From Strigamia acuminata (Eukaryota): a stretch of DNA of 64,000 nucleotides. Positions within the stretch are counted from its first letter, which is position 1. Each line of letters begins with the position of its first letter. Shown piece by piece: positions 11,664 through 21,779 of this stretch. Below the pieces are notes generated by a model. That model ran no database searches, was not told the DNA's origin, and saw only the letters and a program-made list of their open reading frames with translations. The stretch covers positions 29,388,001-29,452,000 of the forward strand of contig OX442314.1 of the NCBI GenBank assembly GCA_949358305.1. The letters are read 5' to 3'. The translations under genes were made by a program, and so were the position numbers.

Positions 11664-12068
11664 AGTAAATGAACTTGAAAAGTACGATCTGCTCCTAAAA
11701 AAGCTTTTTTGCAATTTTTGTGCAGACAACCACTGTCCTGCCACAATTAAATTGTCGACACGAAACTAAACTTTCAAATAAAACCAAGATGCTTGAAATG
11801 TAGAACACGCTCCATCTTAGGACAATTCTGAATAAAACGAAAGAATTTCCAATAAACCCTCCACCGTACAATTAATTACCCCAACAAATAATGCCCGTCT
11901 CTAATAAAGCGCGGCAGTTGGGGGAGGAAGACCCGGCTTTATTTAGCCCGGAGTGCGCCGGTTGAGAGGATCAAGTATTAACGCTAGCGAAGTAATGACG
12001 AAAGAGCACTTAAAACACCTGTGCCACCATTAATCTAAGGCAGCAAGCAATTGATTGATTTTTCTCAC

Positions 12069-12542
12069 CTGGGGTATGCTGAGAAGAGCACTGAGGATCC
12101 ACGCACTCACTATGAGGATGTTGCACTTGCGATGAGCGTTGCTTCTCTCCATCGGAAGTCTGACAGCAATAAAGCGATCAATTCCAATGAGAACCAGAAC
12201 AAAGGTCGACAAATAGAGACTAAACATCTGCAGATATTTGATGATTTTGCACATTGCGTCGCCGGCCAGCCACTGCACCGTCGCGACCCACGCCGACTCG
12301 GGCACGACGCAGAAAAAAGTGACGAGCAAATCGGCCACGGCGAGCTGAGTTATGAGCATGTACATGGTGGACACGGCGCGCCTTTTCGACCGGTACAAAT
12401 TGATGAGAGTGGCCACGTTGCCGACGAGAGAGAGGACTGCCATGACGGCCAAAACGACGCTTTTGATGAGACGTTGCTCGTTGAACGAGGGGGCGGGCTC
12501 CATTAATGAGGACGTGTTGGTGCTGTTAATGTCGTCCACCAT
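12069..12542 (-). CDS. CrzR: First coding exon (TM1-TM4) of a corazonin-receptor-like GPCR (GnRH/AKH receptor superfamily)
   Basis: MVDDINS...GNVATL...LAVADLLVTFFC...CKIIKYLQMFSLYLSTFVLVLIGIDRF...LSIPQ, ending at a phase-0 GTGAG donor. The QMFSLYLSTFxLVLIG stretch is typical of corazonin receptors. No downstream exon was recognised in the window. Confidence 0.85.
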
Positions 12543-13689
12543 GTTGAGCGATTTGTGGAGCCCGCCATGACCCGAGCCCCGTATCCCGGCGTCTAAGCTC
12601 GCGTGCCACTTGCGATCCGCACAGCGCGCGCGGCTCGTAAAACCGATGACGTCAAGGATCACGTGGGCGCAAAAAGTAAAGTGGATCAAATATTTTGTGT
12701 TTTTTTTTTAAATGATTTTTTTTTTTATGTGCATGATTTAATTGGCTTTTGTTTTATTTTTATTGCTGATGTGATATGACGATAAAAGTGAGTGAAAACT
12801 CCGCCTGAATTGGGTTGGCTTCGCTGTAGTGCTTTTGTTAATTTACAGGTAGTGTTTTTTTAAAGGGAAGCGTCGGGTTCGATGGATGAATAAAATAAAT
12901 TCGGTTAATTTTAGTTCTTGAATTGGATGTTTTTGCGTGTTTGCGCACGGTTTAAAGGGAATTTAATAATAAAAATTTATTTTTTAAATTAAAATTACAA
13001 AAGTCAAAAAGAAAAAAAGAAAAATTAAATGTGCCGGCGGTAATTGTTTAAAATGACAAAAAGTTTTGGATTTCATCTTTAATTATATTTTTATTTTGAG
13101 TAAATAAAAAATTGATTAATTCGGGGAAATCGGAATGATTTTCAATTTAAAACCGTGTACGGAAACTAGTCGAAAGAACAAAGAGGAGATTAATTAAACT
13201 TAAATTATGTTACGACACATTTAATGTGTTCTAATACAGCAGTGCTGTATAGGTGCGGCAAATAAAAGAATGCCATAAAAATGTTCCCGAGGAATTTACG
13301 TCTTGAAATAATAGCGGGTGCGAGCGTGTCACACAAATAAATTGCTAATTAAATGCTTTTCGCATGGCGAGCAACGCGATGATAATTGAAAAAGTAATTT
13401 AGACCAATCAATAACAAAAATGCTAATGCATCAAAGTGATAAAACGAGTCATTATTGGGCAATAACAATTATTTTTTGCAAATAAAACACAATTTTATCA
13501 AATTCATGCGACAAAAATTAATATCCAAATGAAAACAACAGAAAAAGTGATATTTTGTTTACATTTTAACGTTTTAAACCTTTTTTCTCAAAACTTTTCA
13601 GAAAGAGATAATTTTTAAAAAACATTTTTTGACTAATTGGATCGTGCTCTACAACTTTCTAATTCGCTTTTTCTCTCTATCTGTCACGG

Positions 13690-13856
13690 TTCTCGAGTTA
13701 CAATATGGATGACCTTGAAGATGACCTCTGAGGTCAAGTTGGATGTCGTAATTGGATTTTGCCCAAAATACTACCTTGACAATCATTTTACTAAATCAAA
13801 ATCTAAAACAGTTTGGGAATTATTTACTGTGAACCAGACTTTTAGACCACCCTGTA
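13690..13856. mobile_element. Probable Tc1/mariner-type non-autonomous element end
   Basis: Ends in ...GACCACCCTG-TA, the reverse complement of a TA-CAGGGTGG terminus; partner end not found. Confidence 0.35.
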
Positions 13857-15090
13857 TATTAACTACTTAAAATACAATTAACCGTGTAAATAATTCGTTT
13901 GCATCAGCACGCCTAATCACATGCTGACGTGAATGTAAAAAGCGACTCCTATAGTGATTAATTTGTATTCAAAGAGGTCTGCTCTTTATCTTGTTCGCCG
14001 TGTATATCATCATTAAACACACCATTACACGCGCGCTTGATTTGATTAATATCACTGAGAATTATTTCCGTTTGCTGCTCCATATTTCATTAAAATTAAT
14101 AAATTTCTTGATTGCGCAAGCGTATAATCCCGTTTACGATTAGTATAGATTAAAATTTAGCTTTGCGTGGTTTGTGTGGTAATCAATCTTAATTTACCGT
14201 ACTTTAATTTAATGCAGAGGAAGGAATCGTATGTGATCTTCGCTTCAACGTCAGAATTTGTTGCCATGGAAATGCGAGATCAAATTACTCGGTATCATGT
14301 GGCAGAATGATTTTCCATCACTAGGTATTACCTGGGTAATTTACAAGAATTTGCTCTGGATTTATTCCCCATCAGTCAGCTTTATGTGGATTTTTCTATC
14401 AATGCTGTTGTGTTGCCGCATTCGCACACCAGGTTCAATAATTCGGGCGCGTAGGGTTGTCAATAGAGATTGTCATCAGACTCGTCACCGTATTAATATT
14501 TGTTTGTAAAATTTGTAATGATTTTATTTTTTTAAAAATTAAAAATAATTTTTTTTTTAAATTTTTAATAATAAAATCCTACTTTAATAGTTTCCTTTCT
14601 GAGATGCGCCTGCTGGAGATAAGAAGAGAAGCATCACTGGATGAAAAAAATTGCATTAAAGTCTTATTTACAACCTGTTTTCTTTCGCCTGAATTGCTTT
14701 TTTCATTCCACTTATTCGATTGTATATTTTTTTATTTTTTTATTCCGTCAAAACATCGCCTCTGTGTGACACACGCGGAGTTAAATAACGTCAAACTAGT
14801 TTGCAGCTTGTCTTATTTATTCGCACAGGGAGACAGTAAACGCGGAGCAAAGGTCGATATTGAGCCATAAATTCCTTCCCCTTTAAACTAAACTATGGAA
14901 ACAATGATGGTAAACTCTCTTTATTTGTACATCCCCAAACACAAGGCAAGTTTCGGCTATTAGTGCATAAATCTGACACTATCGGCGCCGGTGTTCCAAA
15001 TTAAATCACGTATAACGTCGGCAACACGTTTGTATAAAAGTATAATATATAAACGCCCGTCTATCTCAATATTTGCACTGATTTCTACAG

Positions 15091-16604
15091 ATGGATTCAT
15101 TAGAATTGCTTGACCAAACCTCTGCTTCTTCTCCAACATCCGAACCTTCCGACCGGCAAGAAAACCCCGAGTTTTACTGCACAGGTGGTTATCACCCGGT
15201 AAAAATCGGCGACACGTGTCACACTCGCTACACCGTGGTCCGCAAACTCGGATGGGGCTTTTTCTCGACCGTGTGGTTGTGCAACGATCTGCAGGAAAGC
15301 CGACTCGTCGCGCTGAAAATCATGAAAAGCGCGCCCAAATTTGCGGAAACGGCCGCGCTCGAGATCGACTTGCTCAACCACATGCTGGAGTGCGACCCCG
15401 ACGGTCGCCACAAAGGGAAAGTCGTTCGCTTATTGGACACTTTTCGCATTTGCGGTGTCAACGGCGTCCACGAGTGCATGGTGTTCGAGGTTTTAGGCGA
15501 CGATCTGTACAAATTGATCCAAAGATCCGGAAAAAAAGGTCTCCCGTTGGCCGACGTGAAAACCATCGCCCGGAATCTCCTCGAAGCCGTGCACTTCCTG
15601 CACAATGTTTGTGATATCATTCACACGGATATCAAACCCGAAAATGTGTGTGTGACCGAGGATTTGTCGGTCACGTTGGCGGATCTTGGAAATGCGTGTT
15701 GTATTTTTTTTCATTACACGGAGAATATTCAAACGTGTCCCTACAGGTGTCCAGAGGTCCTCCTGAGGGCTGGATACACGACCAAAGCCGATATTTGGAG
15801 CACTGCTTGCTTGGTGTTTGAATTGGCGACCGGGAATCTTTTGTTTCGGCCTCGTTTTGGTGCGAATTACGGCAGGAGTGAGAATCATTTGGCGCTAATG
15901 ATTGGATTGTTGGGGGATGTGCCGAAAGAGGTTTTAGGAGGGAAAAACTTCAGCAAGTATTTTAGTGAGGACGGTAAGTTATTTCACTTTCCTGAAATCG
16001 AGTTTTGTGGTCTTTGTGAAGTGTTGACTAGTACCGTATATACTCGCGTATAGTGCGAAATATTTATTGCAAATTTTGGACCTCGAATTGGGGGGGTCGC
16101 ACTATACGCGCATAATAATAAAAAAAAAAAAAAAAATTGACGTATACGTAACGTATGGACTACATGCGTAATTCGTACGTATGTAACTTCGATTATCCCG
16201 TTTACAACACACAATACGACCAACCGACAATCAAAATAATTCAAATAATGCAACAATCCAGCAATCCATCATCAAAATATAAGCAAGGAGGAAAATTTTT
16301 TTTGGATTTTAAAGTTTCCTTTTAAATAAATAAACTTTTCCAACCACATTTTGCAGTGTTGTGGTACACAAATGTTAATTCGCATTATACGCGCATACAT
16401 CACTTATTAGCAAAAATGGCGCCTGAAATGGGGGGGTCGCATTATACGCGGATCGCATTATACGCGAGTATATACGGTAAGTATGAGTGGGGCGTGGATG
16501 AAGCGAGCGAGTTTGCTGATTTTTTGTTGCCGATGTTGGCGTTTGATCCAAACGATCGGGCTTCTGCAAGGGATTCTCTCAGGCATAAGTGGTTGCGAGT
16601 TTAG
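15091..16604 (+). CDS. SRPK-like Ser/Thr kinase 1, intronless, interrupted near the 3' end by a MITE
   Basis: YCTGGYHPV, KLGWGFFSTVWL, HTDIKPEN, ADLGNAC and YRCPEV motifs. Removing 16034..16477 plus one TA restores VLTSKYEWG...HKWLRV*. Confidence 0.9.
16034..16477. mobile_element. Tc1/mariner (pogo/Tigger-like) MITE
   Basis: TIRs CCGTATATACTCGCGTATA...TATACGCGAGTATATACGG; TA duplication at 16032..16033 and 16478..16479. Confidence 0.93.
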
Positions 16605-17003
16605 AAATGTATTTGGCGAGATAGTTGCTGATTGATGTTTGTGAAAAGTAGATAGTTTTAGGGGAGTGTGGGAACGAACAAAGATGCCAACATCCAGGGA
16701 AAAAAATAAAATTGTGTTTCATATAGAAAGTATAATTGTTTTATTTTATTATTAAAAATTTTGATAAAGGGGGCCCGAAAAAACCTTAGGACCAGGGCCC
16801 TCCAAAAAGCTAGATCTGTCCCCGACACAGAGTGTGAAAACACAAAATCCAAAAAACATCTAAAAGGTAGTTTTTGTGATTTTGATAAGAAGTAATTTTG
16901 AGGCTTGTGAAACTCAAAACAAAATGGAGGCATCCAAGCTCTATCTAAGTGGCCAACGTGTATCCTTGTATATCATCAATATGCTGATGCATCCATGACT
17001 GTA

Positions 17004-18574
17004 AGGTGCGTTTCATAATTATAAATCCACCTACAAATTTTGTGTTACAGCCAAACATTCTTCCCAACAATAAAATTCTTTATATTGTTTGATTATAACA
17101 TGTGTTTTTACAAGATTTTAAGAAGTTTTTGTTGAAAGGAAATTTTTTTTTATATTGTTATAGCAAAAATGTAATTTTTAGGTGTTGCATAATTATAAAT
17201 CCACATTTGGTTTCTATTAAATTTTTTTATTTTCAATAACCTATTGAACCACCTTTCTTTTCAATAACATTAATCATTCTGTTATGCATGGAATTGACTA
17301 GATTTTGCATTGTCTCAGTTGAAATTTCTTCCCATTTCACTATAATTGCAAGTTTTAACTCCTCAATTGATTCATATTGCTTTCCTCCTTGATATACTGA
17401 TCTGGCAAGTATTCCCCATAGGTTTTCTATGGGATTCAAGTCAGGGGAACATGCTGGCCACTCCATTACTTGCACTCCATTGTCCAAAAACCACTGAAAT
17501 GTTGTTCGGGCATTGTGGATCGGCGCGTTGTCCTGTTGAAATTCCCAAAATGGGGCACCAATTTGCTCTCCAAATGGCATAAGTTGTTCGTCAAGCAACT
17601 GTTGGTATGAATCAGCATTCATTCGACCACTGACAAAGGCAATATTACTTTTACCATTCCATCCAAACGCTGCCCAAATCATAACCGATCCTCCACCTTG
17701 CTGACGTTTTGAAAAAATCTGTTCATCTTTGCGTAAATCGTGCCAGTAATATTGCCATCCATCTGGGCCATCCAAATTAAACTTTTTTTCATCACTGAAC
17801 ACTACTTTATGCCATTCCTTCTGCCAACACACTTTATCTTTTGCAAATTCCACTCTTTTCACCTTGTGTCTTGGTTTCAGAGATGGAGTGGTTTTTCTCT
17901 TCTTGTACACTAAGTGTTGACAGTTGCTCACAACTCTGGAGAGTGTAGATTTTGAAACATTAATGTCTGGACGCTTTGATAACTCCCCTAGGGTCACATT
18001 TGAATTGGAAATTTCACGTAAAATCGTTCGTTTTTGGCGGTCTTGTAGCTTTGATGGTCGACCACTGTGAATTTTGGTGCCATATTTGTCTCTCAATTTC
18101 ACATAACTGTTGATAAGACCATGACTTCTGTCCAAAAGTCTTCCTATTTCTCTGTTGGATGTATTCTGTTCACTTAAGATTGATATTTGTCCTTTTTCAA
18201 AGTCAGAAAGTGGTAATCCACGAGGCATGGTTAAAATGAATGCACAGCAAAAATGAAAGCGAAAATAACAAATGTGACAGTTAGAAAACATTTAAAAAAC
18301 GTCATTATAATTAGCTAGAAGCACCCTCTATGATCCGTTAAAAAAATTATCGCCCACAACCTTAGAACCAAATGTGGATTTATAATTATGCAACACCTAA
18401 AAATGACATTTTTGCTATAACAATATAAAAAAAAATTTCCTTTTAACGAAAACTTCTTAAAATCTTGTAAAAACACATGTTATAATCAAACAGTATAAAG
18501 AAATTTATTGTTAGGAAGACTTTTTGGCTGTAACACTGAATTTGTGGGTGGATTTATAATTATGAAACGCACCT
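17004..18574 (-). mobile_element. Tc1/Tc3-like DNA transposon with ~210-bp IR/DR terminal repeats
   Basis: TIRs at ~17004..17216 and ~18363..18574, each with two copies of ...CATAATTATAAATCCAC; TA on both flanks. Confidence 0.95.
17233..18228 (-). CDS. DD34E transposase (Tc3-like)
   Basis: MPRG..LSDFEKGQI helix-turn-helix start, GRP, FSDEKKFNLDGPDG, QQDNAPIH, SPDLNPIENLW; 34 residues between the second D and the E; uninterrupted ORF. Confidence 0.96.
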   Translation of the reverse strand: MPRGLPLSDFEKGQISILSEQNTSNREIGRLLDRSHGLINSYVKLRDKYGTKIHSGRPSKLQDRQKRTILREISNSNVTLGELSKRPDINVSKSTLSRVVSNCQHLVYKKRKTTPSLKPRHKVKRVEFAKDKVCWQKEWHKVVFSDEKKFNLDGPDGWQYYWHDLRKDEQIFSKRQQGGGSVMIWAAFGWNGKSNIAFVSGRMNADSYQQLLDEQLMPFGEQIGAPFWEFQQDNAPIHNARTTFQWFLDNGVQVMEWPACSPDLNPIENLWGILARSVYQGGKQYESIEELKLAIIVKWEEISTETMQNLVNSMHNRMINVIEKKGGSIGY

Positions 18575-19609
18575 TATAACAGCTAGGAAACTCAATTGAT
18601 GGCTCTGGTGCAATCTGTGAAACTTATATTTATTAAAATGCACCTTATTAAAAAAAATTTTGTTCCATCGCACAAATAGAACTATAGTTATTTTGCATCA
18701 CATTTTAAAATTGGTTGGATATAACTAAAACCCAATGTGGTGGATAGGAAGTCATGTGACTATTTAAAAAATTGCAAAATTGCAAAATCATGAGATTGCC
18801 ACTTGGATTGAGCTTGGCTGCTGTCATTTTGCCAAAATAGCAAAACTACCTTTGATTTTGTGATTGTGTATTTTTTCTGTTTTGTGTTTTTTTTTTGCAA
18901 TTATGCACATGATTGGTGGAACTGATACCACGTGACAAATCCAAAAGTGCAAAATTGCTAAAGTTGCAAAATTACAAAATTGCTTAATTAATGAAAGCCC
19001 CTAGTTGTAACTTTAAATTTTTCGACATATATTTTTTTATTTTGCATTTTACGTTGGGTGTTTAATGGTTTGAATTGCGTGATGTTAGTGATGGTGATAC
19101 TGCATGATGCGTGGCAAAATTGAAATGTGATGCAAGCGGTTAGCACTATTCACAGAACGTAATTAGCGTAATTGACTTTGGCCTTACTGTAAATTAGTTT
19201 AAACATAATTCACAAACTTGTATACGGATTAAAAGATTTTGACAGCTGTTAATATATGAAAAAGAAAATCGACTGGTTGATTAATTATTTTATTTTTATT
19301 TCCACAAAAAATGTTTTTCCAGTTGGTTTATAAATAATTTACTAAACCAAGAAAGAATAATCATATATTTATTTATTTATTTCATTTTGAAGATAAAAAA
19401 AATCATTGTCACAAGGATTCATTAACATAAAACGTATTATTAACAAATAATTACATCATATGTTGTCAAATGCATGATGTTACATTGTTTTGTAATTTCA
19501 AATTGTTTAATACAACAAAGAAATGTCAAAACCAACTCGAATGCTTGCACGCGTAGTAAAGTTGCTAAGCAATTTGTACGTTGTTGTTTTGTCGTGGGTA
19601 TGGCGTCTT

Positions 19610-19684
19610 CGATGGTGCCGAACTTCAACTTTCATTCCTATTTTAATTTAAAATCTGAGTGAAAGTTGAAGTTCGGCACCATCG
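19610..19684. repeat. Perfect 25-bp inverted repeat (75-nt hairpin)
   Basis: CGATGGTGCCGAACTTCAACTTTCA (19610..19634) and its exact reverse complement (19660..19684). Confidence 0.95.
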
Positions 19685-19687
19685 TTT

Positions 19688-19879
19688 TCAGACCCACATG
19701 GCGATGAAAATTCTAACATCTACCGTCTCGCCGTGATATTCACCCCATCGGTCATTGCGAACGACGCGACGATTCATTGCGAACGACCGCTCGACTTCTG
19801 AAAGAAAGAAAGAAAGCATGTCTCGGTCCAAGGTTTCACAATTTATTCTAATTTCTAAATACCGTTTCAACTCATCCAA
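19688..19879 (-). pseudogene. hAT transposase C-terminal dimerisation-domain remnant
   Basis: DELKRYL...SEVERSF...R..R resembles the hAT C-terminal motif with an internal deletion. Confidence 0.55.
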
Positions 19880-20497
19880 AAAATCCCCTCAATCACTTAC
19901 TATTTTTCATTTGCTATCCACTCCAGAAGAGGCGGAATGGAACTCATGGCAGTTGATAAGGATAACCTGCAACTTACACCCGCCGCCATGCTCAGTGATG
20001 TGTACAGAAGCTTCAATTACTGCACATCACTTTCGATGGTTGTCCAGACCCTTTCTTTTTCTGCTGCGATTGCGGTCGGATGGTGCGCTGTTAACGGACT
20101 CCCATTTCAGCCTCTAGGTTTGTAAAAAAAAAAAATCGTGAATTAATTTTATCTTATTGATTTTTGTGTATGTTTTTATTTTTTAGGCCTACCGATGGTG
20201 AGTGTTCTTCCCGGAAACAGGCAAATGAAGAAAAGAAAAAGTGGCCATTTAATGTACTGTCCAAAATGAGCGCCCAATTTGAAAGATGTGACGTCTTCAT
20301 ACGTTTGTTATATCAGAATATGTAATCGAGTCGTTTGTTGAATAAATTTCTGTGCTAAACTTAATTAAACTATCGGCCGGACGTATTCGGATGCAACGTT
20401 TCGCAGACGTGATTAATATTCATGCATATATAAGTGCACCTTAAATAAAAGTCAACATCATCTTCGATTTCACTAGTGACATCTCGCAACATCCAAA

Positions 20498-21667
20498 ATG
20501 AACACAATAATCAATTGTTTTAAAACCTGTTGCAAGCCGAACCAACAACATTCAGAATGTCCAACAACAAAGACATATCGCCACTTGACCTACTCAATAG
20601 CCGAAACTCCAGAAAGGATTCCGGAATGCGCAGAAGAACAGGAAGATCAGGAAGATCCAACCTTTTATTGCGTAGGTGGTTACCATCCAGTAAAACCCGG
20701 CGAAATGTTCGTAAATCGCTACACGGTTGTTCGCAAACTCGGCTGGGGCTTCTTCTCCACCGTCTGGCTGTGCTGGGACGAACAAGACACGCGCCACAAA
20801 GCACTAAAGATCGTACGAAGTGCCGAAGACGCCACGAACGCGGCCATGAACGAGATCACGATGCTGAAGCTCACCCGACGACACTGCGCCGATTCTGAAA
20901 GCAAAATCGTACAATTACTCGATTATTTCACCATTTGCGGCGCCAACGGTACTCACGTGTGCATGGTGTTTGACGTCTTGGGAGACAATTTATTAAAATC
21001 GGTTATTCGCTCGGGATATAAAGGTCTTCCATTGAACAAGGTTCGCAGCATCGTCAGGCAGGTCCTCGAAGCTCTGGACTACCTGCACACGACTTGCGAG
21101 ATGATACACACGGATGTAAAGCTGGAAAACGTTTGTTTGGATCTTTCGAAATCCGCGGACGACGTGGCGGTCACGTTGGCGGATCTCGGGAATGCGTGTT
21201 TGGTGGAGCATCACTTGACTCATTCCATTCAGACTCGTCCGTACCGAAGTCCGGAGGTTATTCTGGGCGGAAACTACTCGGCGAATGCCGATGTTTGGAG
21301 CACGGCGTGCATGGCATTCGAATTGGCGACGGGCGATTATTTATTTCCGAGTGTCGACTGCGCTGATCACAGTCGAGCGCAAAACGAGAATCATTTATAT
21401 CTTATCGTGCAGTTGCTCGGGAAAATACCGAAGCGATTTGCTACTGCGAGCAAGTATTTCGGGTATTTTTGCACGTCGAAAGGCAAATTGATTCGTTTTC
21501 CCAATCTCAAAACACGAGGGGTTTTTGAAGTGCTCACCGCGGACTACAAATGGGACGATGATGAAGCGAGAGAATTTGCCGATTTCTTACGGCCGATGTT
21601 GGCCATCGATCCGAATGACCGCGCTTCGGCACAAGTTGCCCTCAAACACAAATGGCTGCGAGTTTAA
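20498..21667 (+). CDS. SRPK-like Ser/Thr kinase 2, intronless, 389 aa
   Basis: EEQED..YCVGGYHPV, KLGWGFFSTVWL, HTDVKLEN, ADLGNAC, IQTRPYRSPEV and DPNDRASA; intact ORF; TATA-like TATATAA near 20428. Confidence 0.93.
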   Translation: MNTIINCFKTCCKPNQQHSECPTTKTYRHLTYSIAETPERIPECAEEQEDQEDPTFYCVGGYHPVKPGEMFVNRYTVVRKLGWGFFSTVWLCWDEQDTRHKALKIVRSAEDATNAAMNEITMLKLTRRHCADSESKIVQLLDYFTICGANGTHVCMVFDVLGDNLLKSVIRSGYKGLPLNKVRSIVRQVLEALDYLHTTCEMIHTDVKLENVCLDLSKSADDVAVTLADLGNACLVEHHLTHSIQTRPYRSPEVILGGNYSANADVWSTACMAFELATGDYLFPSVDCADHSRAQNENHLYLIVQLLGKIPKRFATASKYFGYFCTSKGKLIRFPNLKTRGVFEVLTADYKWDDDEAREFADFLRPMLAIDPNDRASAQVALKHKWLRV

Positions 21668-21779
21668 TTTATTCTTTTTATATTGTATATAGTTTATTAC
21701 ATTATTTATCGACAATTTACTTGTAATGCGCACATTGTTGGGAATAGAATTCGACGTTTGTTTTAAGTACGGGACTAAA

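Noticed and set aside
11071..11746. Three overlapping repetitive ORFs (LHFCTQK)n, (FLYAKTT)n and (NYIFVRK)n; also a superficial CRISPR-like look
   Set aside because: They are translations of a 21-bp minisatellite. There are no unique spacers or cas genes, and the context is eukaryotic.
12543..12689. N-terminal extension of the GPCR ORF
   Set aside because: Non-ATG start; the ATG at 12542 followed by N-glycosylation sequons (NST, NTS) is the more plausible start.
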